NCBI GenBank assembly: GCA_017612655.1
Contig: JAGAFM010000086.1
Coordinates: forward strand, 1-53,212
DNA length: 53,212 bases
From: Clostridia bacterium
GTDB taxonomy: Bacteria > Bacillota > Clostridia > Oscillospirales > CAG-272
Reading direction: 5' to 3'
This document shows, one piece after another, positions 30,824 through 40,144 of this stretch; position 1 is the stretch's first letter; each line of letters starts with the position of its first letter. Both the position numbers and the translations under genes were made by a program. A model generated the notes under the pieces. That model had not been told where the DNA came from. It worked only from the letters and a program-made list of their open reading frames with translations, and ran no database searches.

Positions 30824-32614
30824 ATGAGAGCAGTAACAATCGGCGGACACGATCTTTCCGCGTTTCGGATTGTCCTTCCGAAAGAACCGAAAGGCGCGGA
30901 AAAAACCGGTGCAGCCTTTCTGCAGAAAGCCCTGCTTCAGTCCAGCGGGCTTGTCCTCCCCGTCGTCTCCGAGCCGGGGGAGCATAACATCTTCATCGGT
31001 GGAGAGAGACATTCCGAACGAATCCGCTGGGACGGATTCTGCATACTGACGGACGATCGCAATCTGTATCTGTTCGGCAACGAGGAAAGGGGCACGCTCT
31101 ATGCCTGCTACGAATTTGCCGAATCCAGACTCGGATACCGTTATTTCGCTGTCGGAGTCACCCGCATCTCCCGCGAGGGAGAGGTTCAGGTTCCGTCCGG
31201 ACTGGACGAAATCCACAATCCAGGATTCGAGGTTCGCCGGGTATCCTGGGCGGATCTCGCCTATGATCCGGAATTCGCCTCCCATGCGCGCGTCAATTCC
31301 CATCTGGAAGCTGACATGGAGGCATACGGGGGGACGGTCTACGACTTCATCCCCTGCCATACTTTCTACCAGTATTGTCCCGCGGACGAGTATTTCCGGG
31401 AGCATCCCGAGTACTACTCCGAGCGGGGCGGAAAACGAATCCCGTGCCGGGACGCCGGAGGACCCGGTCAGCTCTGTCTGACCAATCCGGATGTCCTCCG
31501 AATCGTCACAAACCGGATTCTGGAAGAGCTCAGGGAACATCCCGAGCGGAAACTGATCGACTTTTCGCAATGCGACTGCGGCAATTACTGTCAGTGCGAA
31601 AAGTGCGCGGCAGTAGATGCGGAAGAGGAGAGTCCCGCCGGAAGCATCGTCCGGTTCGTCAATGCGGTGGCGGAATCGGTGGAGCGCGAGTTCCCGGATG
31701 TTCTCGTTCAGACTTTTGCCTACGAATATTCCGTGAAGCCGCCGAAGTTCACGAAAGCCAGGAAGAACGTCCTGATCCGCTACTGCACCTACGACGCCTG
31801 TTTCCGGCACGCGCTGGACGACACGGACTGCGAGATCAATTCCGCAACCGTTCGGCCGGAAATGCTCGGCTGGAAGGAGCGCTGCAGTCAGCTCTCCCTG
31901 TGGGACTATCTGTCCAACTACAACTGCTATCTGGCGCCGTTTCCGAATCTTTACTCTCTCTGGAAAAACGCTTCGTTCTACGCGGAATGCGGGGTCCGTC
32001 ATCTGTACGAATCGATGGACACTACCCATTCCACGACCGGGCCTTACGGGGATCTGAAGACCTATCTGGCCGCAAAACTCTGCTGGAACCCAACCGTCAG
32101 CAAAGATGATTACCTGATCTGGATCGATGAATTCCTGGAGGCCTTCTACGGACCGGGATGGGAAGACATTCGCTCGTATCTGAAGCTGGAGCTTGAGACC
32201 ACGGAAGGACGCTGCTTTACCTGCAAGGAGCCGATCGACATCTGCTTCCTGTATTACAAAACCATTCCGGAGGTACCCAATCTGAAGCGCTTCCTTCGGA
32301 GGAGCTACACCGCCAAGCCGTATCAGCCGGTATATCCCAACCACGCGCTGTCCCGCCTTTGCGAGCGTCTGGACGAGGCAAAGGGCTGTTTTGACCGGGC
32401 CTATGAAAAGGCGGAAACCGATTTGCAGCGATACCGGATCAAACGGAGCAGGATCGCTCTGACCTATCTGGACCTGTTCTGCACCGAACACGACGAAACT
32501 GCCATGACCCCGACGGAGCGAAACGCCTACGAAGCGGAAGTGGAACAGTTCTACCGGGACAAGAAAGCTTACAACTACTACTACAACATTCACACCGAAT
32601 TCATGAGAAACTGA
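30824..32614 (+). CDS. DUF4838-type putative glycoside hydrolase, paralog 1 (no signal peptide)
   Basis: ORF 30650..32614 trimmed to ATG 30824 (GGAGGAGG SD). Blocks RGTLYACYEFAESRLGYRYF, GPGQLCLTNPDVLRIVT, CDCGNYCQCEKCAAVDAEEESPAGSIVRFVNAV, KARKNVLIRYCTYDACFRH, WDYLSNYNCYLAPFPNL and IDEFLEAFYGPGW. Confidence 0.85.
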   Translation: MRAVTIGGHDLSAFRIVLPKEPKGAEKTGAAFLQKALLQSSGLVLPVVSEPGEHNIFIGGERHSERIRWDGFCILTDDRNLYLFGNEERGTLYACYEFAESRLGYRYFAVGVTRISREGEVQVPSGLDEIHNPGFEVRRVSWADLAYDPEFASHARVNSHLEADMEAYGGTVYDFIPCHTFYQYCPADEYFREHPEYYSERGGKRIPCRDAGGPGQLCLTNPDVLRIVTNRILEELREHPERKLIDFSQCDCGNYCQCEKCAAVDAEEESPAGSIVRFVNAVAESVEREFPDVLVQTFAYEYSVKPPKFTKARKNVLIRYCTYDACFRHALDDTDCEINSATVRPEMLGWKERCSQLSLWDYLSNYNCYLAPFPNLYSLWKNASFYAECGVRHLYESMDTTHSTTGPYGDLKTYLAAKLCWNPTVSKDDYLIWIDEFLEAFYGPGWEDIRSYLKLELETTEGRCFTCKEPIDICFLYYKTIPEVPNLKRFLRRSYTAKPYQPVYPNHALSRLCERLDEAKGCFDRAYEKAETDLQRYRIKRSRIALTYLDLFCTEHDETAMTPTERNAYEAEVEQFYRDKKAYNYYYNIHTEFMRN

Positions 32615-32626
32615 GGTGCCCGAATC

Positions 32627-34429
32627 GTGAGAACACTGTCGATCTGCGGAATCCCGGTCCGGTTCTTCACCCTCGTGATCCCGTCCTTCCCCGATCCGGC
32701 CGTTCAGACCGCGGCGCGTTTTCTTCAGGATTCGATCCGCAGATCCTGCGGGATCGAACTCCCCGTCCGAAACGAAACCGCCGAGCATGGAATCTACCTA
32801 AACTCGAGCGGTCCCTGCGATCAGATCAGATGGGACGGATTCCGGATTCGCACCGACGGCGGAAACCTCTATCTGGACGGGAATCTTCCGCGCGGAACGC
32901 TGTACGCTTCCTTCGATTTTGCCGAGAGGTTTCTCGGCTACCGCCACTTTGCGCATGAAACCGAAGTAATCCGGACGGACGGCGAGGCGGACGTTCCGCC
33001 GTTTTTCGACCGGATCGACAACCCATCTTTTCAGGAACGCCGCTCCAACTGGTACTGGTTCGAAAAAGACCCTGCCCTTCACGCGCACTGCAGAATCAAC
33101 ACCGATCCGAAGTTCGGCTGGGAGAAAACCCCGGCCGAGTGGGGCGGATCTCTGGCTGCGCCTTCCTCGTGCCATGAACTCTGGCGCTTCTGCCCGGGCA
33201 GCCTGTACTTTGAAACGCATCCAGAGTACTTCTCTTTGGTGGACGGTGAGCGGATCCCCTGCAACGACAACTACGGTCCCGGCCAGCTGTGCCTGTCCAA
33301 TCCGGACGTAATCCGGATCGTTACGGAGAATGTACTGAAGGAGCTGAGGAATCACCCGGATCTTCCGCTGGTCGAACTGTCCCAGTCAGACAACGGGAAC
33401 TATTGCCGGTGTCCCTCCTGCGCGGCGATCGACCGGGAAGAGGAAAGCCATTCCGGCACGCTGATCCGGTTTCTGAACGCGGTCGGGGAGTCGGTGGAAC
33501 GGGAATTCCCCTCCGTTCTGCTCCGCACGTTTGCCTACGGATATTCCACAAAGCCTCCCAGACATACAAAAGCCAGAAGGAACATCCTGATCCGGTTCTG
33601 CACGTTTGAAGCCTGCTTCCGGCACGGGATCTCGGACCCGTCCTGTCCGACGAACCGGGAAAGAACGTTTCCGGAAATCACCGCCTGGGGAGAAGCCTGT
33701 TCCCAGATGTCAATCTGGGACTACGCAGCGAACTGGAACTGCTACATCGCTCCCTTCCCGAATCTGATTTCTCTGAGAGAAAACGCCCGTCTCTATCAAT
33801 CCTGTCATGCAACATCCGTTTTCGTGGAAGACTGCAGCGGCAGGTATCAGGGAGGAATGCACCCCGATCTGAAGGCCTATCTGATCGGGAAGCTCCTCTG
33901 GAACGCCTCCATGAGCGAAGAAGAGTACCGTACGCACATTGACGAGTTCCTGGAGGCCTTCTACGGTCCCGGCTGGAAATCCATCCGGCGGGTCATCGAA
34001 ATCGAGCATGAAACGACCGCCGAACGGTGCTTCAGCTGCTCCGAAAACCTGGATTACTGCTTCGTTCCTTTCGAAACCGACCCTCCCGTTCCGGGGCTCG
34101 TCGAATTCCGCAGACGAAACTACAGGGTTTTTCCTTTTCAGCCATTTCTCCCCGACCACGCCCTGACCGAGTTCGTCCGTCACATGGACGAACTGACGCG
34201 GCTGTTCGGAGAAGCGATGGAACAGGCGGAAACGGATCAGCAGAGGGATCATATCCAGAGAAGCCGGTTTTCCCTTTCCTACGCGGAACTGTTCGGGAGC
34301 GGACATGTCAAGCGCGAAATGACAAAAGAGCAGCGGAAGGAACACATTCTCGCGGTCGAGCAGTTCTGCCGGGATAAGGACGCCTACGGAATGGCTTACA
34401 ACATTCAAACCGAAGTCAACGGCCATTGA
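32627..34429 (+). CDS. DUF4838-type putative glycoside hydrolase, paralog 2
   Basis: GTG start 8 nt after a GAGGTG SD, 12 nt after paralog 1. Same conserved blocks (RGTLYASFDFAERFLGYRHF, GPGQLCLSNPDVIRIVT, NYCRCPSCAAIDREEESHSGTLIRFLNAV, WDYAANWNCYIAPFPNL). Confidence 0.88.
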   Translation: MRTLSICGIPVRFFTLVIPSFPDPAVQTAARFLQDSIRRSCGIELPVRNETAEHGIYLNSSGPCDQIRWDGFRIRTDGGNLYLDGNLPRGTLYASFDFAERFLGYRHFAHETEVIRTDGEADVPPFFDRIDNPSFQERRSNWYWFEKDPALHAHCRINTDPKFGWEKTPAEWGGSLAAPSSCHELWRFCPGSLYFETHPEYFSLVDGERIPCNDNYGPGQLCLSNPDVIRIVTENVLKELRNHPDLPLVELSQSDNGNYCRCPSCAAIDREEESHSGTLIRFLNAVGESVEREFPSVLLRTFAYGYSTKPPRHTKARRNILIRFCTFEACFRHGISDPSCPTNRERTFPEITAWGEACSQMSIWDYAANWNCYIAPFPNLISLRENARLYQSCHATSVFVEDCSGRYQGGMHPDLKAYLIGKLLWNASMSEEEYRTHIDEFLEAFYGPGWKSIRRVIEIEHETTAERCFSCSENLDYCFVPFETDPPVPGLVEFRRRNYRVFPFQPFLPDHALTEFVRHMDELTRLFGEAMEQAETDQQRDHIQRSRFSLSYAELFGSGHVKREMTKEQRKEHILAVEQFCRDKDAYGMAYNIQTEVNGH

Positions 34430-34451
34430 GAAGGAAAAGGGAGACACAACC

Positions 34452-36263
34452 ATGAGAAAGCTGACAATCTGCGGAGTCCCCCTGGAATCCTTCTCGGTCG
34501 TTCTGCCCCCTAACCCGCCGGCCGCCGTACAAACCGCCGCGGACTTTCTCCTGTCCTCTTTTGAAAAAAGCTGCGGGGTCAGACTTCCCGTTACGGAAAC
34601 CGCGGAGGAACACGGCATTTTTGTGGGAACAGGCGTCCCCTGCGATGCCGTTAAATGGGACGGATTCCGGGTCCGCACAGACGAACGCAGCCTCTTCCTG
34701 GACGGCAATCATCCGAGAGGCACTCTCTACGCCGCCTACGATTTTGCGGAGCGTTTTCTCGGATACCGGATGTTCGCTCCGGATACCGAAGTGATCGCAT
34801 CCGACGGAACGGCGGACGTCCCCCCGGGCTACGACCGGGTCGACAACCCGTCTTTCCGCGAACGGATCAGCGACTGGGCTGCCTATCAGAAGGATGAGGC
34901 TTTTGCCTCCCACAGCCGACTGGTAACTCTCTCCGGAAAGTTTGCGGAAGCTTACGGAGGGACCGACGCTCCGTCCTGGGGATGCCACACTCTTGCTTCC
35001 CTGTGTCCCGCGGAACTGTATTATCAGGACCACCCGGAGTATTATGCGCTCCGGGACGGGGAGCGGATCCCCTGCAGGGACGGCTCCGGACCCGGGCAGC
35101 TGTGTCTCACCAATCCCGACGTACTCAGAATCGTTACGAACAATGTCATAAAGATTCTGAGAGCAGATCCGAGCCGGGAACTGGTCGAGGTCTCACAGGC
35201 AGACAATCAGTCTTTCTGCCAATGCGAAGCCTGCGCTGCAATCGACCGCGAGGAGGAGAGCCACTCCGGAACCCTGATCCGCTTTGTCAACGCGATTGCG
35301 GAAGCCGTCGAGCCGGAATTTCCGAAAACGGTGATCCGAACGTTTGCCTATCAGTACACGAGCAAGCCCCCGAAACACACAAAAGCCAGGAAAAACGTTC
35401 TGATCCGGTACTGCACCATTCACGCGTGCTTCCGCCACGCGATCGACGACCCGGACTGCGGCACTAACCGGGAGCAGGTATTCGGGGAAATGAAGCAGTG
35501 GGGCTCCATGTGCGACCAGATGTCCGTCTGGGACTATGTGATAAACTGGTGGTGTTACCCCGCACCCTACCCGAACCTGATTTCTCTCCGGGAGAACGCC
35601 CGGGTATTCGACGAATGCAAAGCGGTGAGCGTCTTTGAAGAAGACGCCTCGGACGTCAATCAGGGCGGGATGCATCCGGAGCTGAAAGCCTACCTGATCG
35701 GCAAGGTTCTCTGGAATGCCCACATGAGTCAGGAAGAGTACGACCGCCACATCGACGAGTTTCTCGCCGCCTATTACGGCGACGGATGGAAATCGATCCG
35801 CAGAATCATCGAACTGGAGCATGCCTCAACCGCATGCAGGTGCTTCAGAGATCTTGAGCCGATCGATTTCAATTACATCACCTACAAAGTCGAACCGGAA
35901 ATCCCCTGGATCCGGGGCAACTGGCGCCGAAACTACCGGCCCCTTCCCTATCAGCCGGCCGTTCCAGGGCACCCCCTGGCAGAATTCCTGAGTCATTCCG
36001 AGGAGATCCGTTCCCTGTTTCGGGTGGCGACGGACGCGGCGAAAACGGAACTCCAGCGGGAGCATATCCGCAGGAGCAAGCTGTCCTTCGACTACGTGGA
36101 TCTGTTCTGCAGCCCCCACGACCGGTCCTCCATGACGGAAGAAGAGGCCGCTGCCTACGAAGAAGCCGCCGACACGTTTCTCTGCGATTTTGACAGATAC
36201 GGAATGGCGTACAATCTGGATGTCTGGTGGGAAAGAAAAGGGAGAGAAGAGGATCTGTCCTGA
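34452..36263 (+). CDS. DUF4838-type putative glycoside hydrolase, paralog 3
   Basis: ATG after an AAGGGAGA SD. MRKLTICGVPL N-terminus nearly identical to paralog 4. Blocks RGTLYAAYDFAERFLGYRMF, GPGQLCLTNPDVLRIVT, SFCQCEACAAIDREEESHSGTLIRFVNAI and WDYVINWWCYPAPYPNL. Confidence 0.88.
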   Translation: MRKLTICGVPLESFSVVLPPNPPAAVQTAADFLLSSFEKSCGVRLPVTETAEEHGIFVGTGVPCDAVKWDGFRVRTDERSLFLDGNHPRGTLYAAYDFAERFLGYRMFAPDTEVIASDGTADVPPGYDRVDNPSFRERISDWAAYQKDEAFASHSRLVTLSGKFAEAYGGTDAPSWGCHTLASLCPAELYYQDHPEYYALRDGERIPCRDGSGPGQLCLTNPDVLRIVTNNVIKILRADPSRELVEVSQADNQSFCQCEACAAIDREEESHSGTLIRFVNAIAEAVEPEFPKTVIRTFAYQYTSKPPKHTKARKNVLIRYCTIHACFRHAIDDPDCGTNREQVFGEMKQWGSMCDQMSVWDYVINWWCYPAPYPNLISLRENARVFDECKAVSVFEEDASDVNQGGMHPELKAYLIGKVLWNAHMSQEEYDRHIDEFLAAYYGDGWKSIRRIIELEHASTACRCFRDLEPIDFNYITYKVEPEIPWIRGNWRRNYRPLPYQPAVPGHPLAEFLSHSEEIRSLFRVATDAAKTELQREHIRRSKLSFDYVDLFCSPHDRSSMTEEEAAAYEEAADTFLCDFDRYGMAYNLDVWWERKGREEDLS

Positions 36264-36364
36264 CCGCCGCGGAAGGAACGCCCCGGGCTATACCGGGCCG
36301 GAACTCCTACCGCCTCACGTTTTCTTTTCCCGTCTCCTCTATCCGTATCGAATAGGAGGCCAAT

Positions 36365-38149
36365 ATGAGAAAACTGACAATCTGCGAAACCCCTCTCGAA
36401 CAGTTTACGCTGGTTCTTCCCCGTGAGGTTCCCCCCGCCGTCCGGACTGCTGCCGACTTCCTGCTGAAATCGTTCGAGGAAAGCTGCGGAGTCATACTTC
36501 CGGTTTCGGAATCCGCGCCGGAACACGGGATCTTTCTGGGAACAGGATCCCCCTGCGAAGCCGTAAGATGGGACGGATTCCGGATCCGTACGGATGACCG
36601 TCACCTCTACCTGGACGGAAATATCCCGAGGGGCACTCTCTACGCTGCCTACGATTTTGCGGAGCGTTATCTGGGATACCGGTCGTTTACGCCGGACACG
36701 GAAATCATTTCCTCGGAAGGAAGCGCAAGTCTCCCGTCCGGGACCGACCGCATCGACAATCCCTCCTTTCAGGAAAGGCTGAGCGACTGGTACGCATTCA
36801 GCGATCCGAAACTCGCATCCCGGTTCCGGCTGTTCAATCTTCATGAGATTCCCGAAGAATACGGCGGTTCCGGAGCGCCTTCGTGGTCCTGTCACAGCAT
36901 GGCGAGTCTTTGCCCGTCTGACCTCTATTATGAAGAACACCCCGAGTATTACGCTCTGGTGGACGGACAGCGAATTCCCTGCAGAGACGGCGGTGGGCCG
37001 GGCCAGCTTTGCCTGACCAATCCGGATGTCCTGCGCATTGTCACGGAAAACGTTCTCCGGCAGCTTCGGAAGAATCCTCATCAGCGTTGCGTCGAAGTCT
37101 CCCACTGCGACAACCAGAACTATTGCCGCTGCGAACGCTGTGCCGCCGTTGACGAGGAGGAAGGCAGTCACTCCGGAACCATGATCCGGTTCGTCAACGC
37201 GGTAGCAGAGGCCGTGGAACAAGAGTTCCCGGGGGTTCTCGTCCGAACCTTTGCCTATGAGTACACGATCAAGCCCCCTAAGATCACAAAGGCGAGGAAA
37301 AACGTCCTGATCCGCTACTGCACCTACGACACCTGTTTCCGGCACGGGATCGACGATCCGAACTGCAAAGTCAATCGGGAAACCACCTACCCGGAAATCC
37401 TGGGGTGGAAGGAAAAAAGCTCCCAGCTGTGCATCTGGGACTACGTCACAAACTGGGACTGCTTCCTGGCGCCGTTTCCGAATCTGGTCTCCCTGCGGGA
37501 AAACGCCCGGTTTTTCGCGGACAGCAACGTAACCAGCGTTTTCGAGGAAGACCAGTCTTCCATCCGGCAGGGCGGCATGCACCCGGAGCTGAAATCCTAT
37601 CTGATCGGAAAACTCCTGTGGAACGCCCGGATGAGCGAAGAGGAATACCGCCGTCACATCGACGAATTTCTGGAAGCCTACTACGGACCGGGATGGAAAT
37701 CGGTTCGGAGAGTGATTGAGATCGAGCACGAAACCACCGGGGGCCGCTGCTTCGGCTGCAAAGAGGAACTGGATATCTGCTTTGTTCATTACGTGACTTA
37801 TCCCCCGATTCCCGGAATCAAGCAGTTCCTTCGGCAGAACTACCGCGCCTGCGCGTTTCAGCCGATTCTTCCGAATCATGCCCTGACCGAGTTCTGCACC
37901 CGGATCGAAGAATGCCGCAGGCTTTTCGGGGAGGCCCGCGAGGCGGCCCAGACCGACCTTCAGAGGGAACATATCAGACGGAGCGAATTCTCCCTCGACT
38001 ATCCGGAGCTTTTCTGTACGCCGCACAACCGTTCCGAAATGAGCCAAGAAGAGCAGGACCGCTATCTGGAGGCGGTCCAGAAGTTTTACGAAGACAAAAA
38101 AGAATACGGAATGTATTTCAATCTGTCTTCGTCCTTTACAAAACAGTAG
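36365..38149 (+). CDS. DUF4838-type putative glycoside hydrolase, paralog 4
   Basis: ATG after an AGGAGG SD. Blocks RGTLYAAYDFAERYLGYRSF, GPGQLCLTNPDVLRIVT, NYCRCERCAAVDEEEGSHSGTMIRFVNAV and WDYVTNWDCFLAPFPNL. Confidence 0.88.
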   Translation: MRKLTICETPLEQFTLVLPREVPPAVRTAADFLLKSFEESCGVILPVSESAPEHGIFLGTGSPCEAVRWDGFRIRTDDRHLYLDGNIPRGTLYAAYDFAERYLGYRSFTPDTEIISSEGSASLPSGTDRIDNPSFQERLSDWYAFSDPKLASRFRLFNLHEIPEEYGGSGAPSWSCHSMASLCPSDLYYEEHPEYYALVDGQRIPCRDGGGPGQLCLTNPDVLRIVTENVLRQLRKNPHQRCVEVSHCDNQNYCRCERCAAVDEEEGSHSGTMIRFVNAVAEAVEQEFPGVLVRTFAYEYTIKPPKITKARKNVLIRYCTYDTCFRHGIDDPNCKVNRETTYPEILGWKEKSSQLCIWDYVTNWDCFLAPFPNLVSLRENARFFADSNVTSVFEEDQSSIRQGGMHPELKSYLIGKLLWNARMSEEEYRRHIDEFLEAYYGPGWKSVRRVIEIEHETTGGRCFGCKEELDICFVHYVTYPPIPGIKQFLRQNYRACAFQPILPNHALTEFCTRIEECRRLFGEAREAAQTDLQREHIRRSEFSLDYPELFCTPHNRSEMSQEEQDRYLEAVQKFYEDKKEYGMYFNLSSSFTKQ

Positions 38150-38230
38150 ATTTTCGTATTCCCTTTTCTTTCCGGGACACGGATCGAAAAACACATATCT
38201 CAGAGAATAATTGTGATCGGAGGATCGTCT

Positions 38231-40096
38231 ATGGCACATTTTCTTATTACCGCCAACTGCTGCGCCTGGAAATCCGCGGAGTGGACAGCCCGTACGGAAA
38301 CGCTTCTTTCGTACGGAGTCCGGAACCTGAATTGCTCCCTTGGAAAATCGGATCTCGGAAGCAGCGCCGCCGAAGAGCTCGCTTCTCTTCTTTCCGAGAA
38401 GCGGAAGCAGGGGAAGGCACTGTCCGCGGTTTCTATCTCCTACACCGATCCCGAACTCCCTTCCGAGGAACAGTTCGGACAGATCGCAGAGGCGGCAAAA
38501 CAGCTTGGGGCGGCAAAAATCCGGGTTTTCGTCCCGTTCGAAGGTCTCGGATCCGGATCGGCGGAAACCGCTTCCTGTCTGAGCAAACTTGCAGATATCG
38601 CTCGTGATAGCGAACTGACCCTCTGCCTGGATAATCAACCCGGGGGAGCTGCGGCATCTGCCGCTGAAATCAAAGCATTTCTCGATGGCATTCCGGATCT
38701 TCGTCTCATCTTTGACCCGGCCGCTTTCGCTTCCGGCGGGAATGATCCCCTCTCTTCCTACCTTGAACTGGAGGATCGGATCGACGGGCTTCTCCTTACG
38801 GAATCTGAAACGGAAACCAGAATTCCCGAAATGATTTCTCTCCTCGCCAAAACGGACGGGGTTCGACTGCTGATTCTTCCGAAAGGCTGTGCGAATCTTT
38901 CCGAGGCGGCGAAAACGGCAAAGCGGTGCGCGGAAGACGCGCAGCCGATCCGTCTCGGCATTATCGGACTAGGCAACATGGGAAGAGGCCACTCCGACAA
39001 CTTCCTTTCCGGCCATATCAAGGAGATGCGGATCACCGCGGTTGCGGATATCAATCCGGACAAACTGTCCTACGCCACCGAAAAACTCCCCTGGGCCAAG
39101 CAGTACGCAACGGCGAGCGAACTCATGGACAGCGGCGAGGTCGATGCGGTCATTGTCTGCACTCCGCACTACTTCCACCCCCCGCTTGTCATTGAGGCAC
39201 TTTCCAAGGGTCTGCACGTCATCTCCGAAAAACCGGCAGGCGTCTACACCAAACAGGTGCGGGAGATGAACGAGGCGGCTGCAAAATCCGACAAAGTCTT
39301 CGCCATGATGTTCAACCAGAGAACCAACCATGTCTACCGGAAAGTCAAGGAAATCGTGGATTCCAAAAAGTACGGCGAGATTCGGAGAGTCAACTGGATC
39401 ATCACGGAATGGTACCGTCCTCAGTTTTATTACAATTCCGGCGGATGGCGCGCCACCTGGGCGGGCGAAGGCGGAGGGGTTCTGCTAAACCAGTGCCCGC
39501 ATCAGCTCGATCTCTGGCAGTGGATTTGCGGCATGCCCTGCAAAATCCGGGCTTTCCTCCACGAGGGAAAATGGCATGACATCGAAGTGGAAGACGATGC
39601 GACGATCTATGCTGAATATCCGAACGGCGCAACCGGCGTATTCGTCACCTCGACCGGCGATTATCCCGGCTCCAACCGTCTGGAAATCACGCTGGACGGT
39701 GCGAGAATTCTCTGCGAGCACGATCAGATCCGTCTGACGGAACTGGACGAACCGCTCAGTTCCTTTACCGTAACCTGCAAATCCGTCTTCGGAAAAGTCG
39801 GATATCACGACGTTCCCGTGGAGACGGACGGCAAGAACGAACAGCATGTAGGAGTAATGAATGCGTTCTCCGCGCATATTCTGTACGGTGAGCCGCTGAT
39901 CGCTGCGGGTACCGAGGGGATCAATGGTCTGACCATTTCCAACGCGGCGCATCTTTCCAGCTGGACGAACCAGACCGTAACCCTTCCTCTGGATGAGGAT
40001 CTTTTCTACGAAGAGCTGAAAAAGCGAATAGCAACATCCCGGGCGAAGGGACAGGTGCAGGAAGTCGTCCAGGACGACATGAGCAGCACATATTGA
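38231..40096 (+). CDS. fusion protein: xylose-isomerase-like TIM-barrel (sugar phosphate isomerase/epimerase-like) domain + Gfo/Idh/MocA NAD(P)-dependent oxidoreductase
   Basis: ORF 38213..40096 trimmed to ATG 38231 (GGAGGA SD). The N-terminal ~235 aa carry LGAAKIRVF, LTLCLDNQPG and LRLIFDPAAF blocks typical of AP_endonuc_2 TIM barrels. From IRLGIIGLGNMGRGH onward it is a Rossmann fold with EKP (VISEKPAG) and a Gfo/Idh/MocA C-terminal domain. Confidence 0.8.
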   Translation: MAHFLITANCCAWKSAEWTARTETLLSYGVRNLNCSLGKSDLGSSAAEELASLLSEKRKQGKALSAVSISYTDPELPSEEQFGQIAEAAKQLGAAKIRVFVPFEGLGSGSAETASCLSKLADIARDSELTLCLDNQPGGAAASAAEIKAFLDGIPDLRLIFDPAAFASGGNDPLSSYLELEDRIDGLLLTESETETRIPEMISLLAKTDGVRLLILPKGCANLSEAAKTAKRCAEDAQPIRLGIIGLGNMGRGHSDNFLSGHIKEMRITAVADINPDKLSYATEKLPWAKQYATASELMDSGEVDAVIVCTPHYFHPPLVIEALSKGLHVISEKPAGVYTKQVREMNEAAAKSDKVFAMMFNQRTNHVYRKVKEIVDSKKYGEIRRVNWIITEWYRPQFYYNSGGWRATWAGEGGGVLLNQCPHQLDLWQWICGMPCKIRAFLHEGKWHDIEVEDDATIYAEYPNGATGVFVTSTGDYPGSNRLEITLDGARILCEHDQIRLTELDEPLSSFTVTCKSVFGKVGYHDVPVETDGKNEQHVGVMNAFSAHILYGEPLIAAGTEGINGLTISNAAHLSSWTNQTVTLPLDEDLFYEELKKRIATSRAKGQVQEVVQDDMSSTY

Positions 40097-40144
40097 TGTT
40101 CCAAAAGCCCAAAGGCCTCCGGAGCAGAAGGAGGGGGTTGTTTC

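Noticed and set aside
30476-32788. 770-aa ORF on the minus strand.
   Set aside because: It is codon-aligned antisense of DUF4838 paralog 1. The translation is low-complexity and Arg/Gly/Pro-rich. It runs through the divergent promoter region and is not conserved opposite the other paralogs.
36155-38638. 827-aa ORF on the minus strand.
   Set aside because: It is antisense of DUF4838 paralog 4 and of the start of the TIM/Gfo fusion. It has no recognisable motifs, and the same compositional explanation applies.
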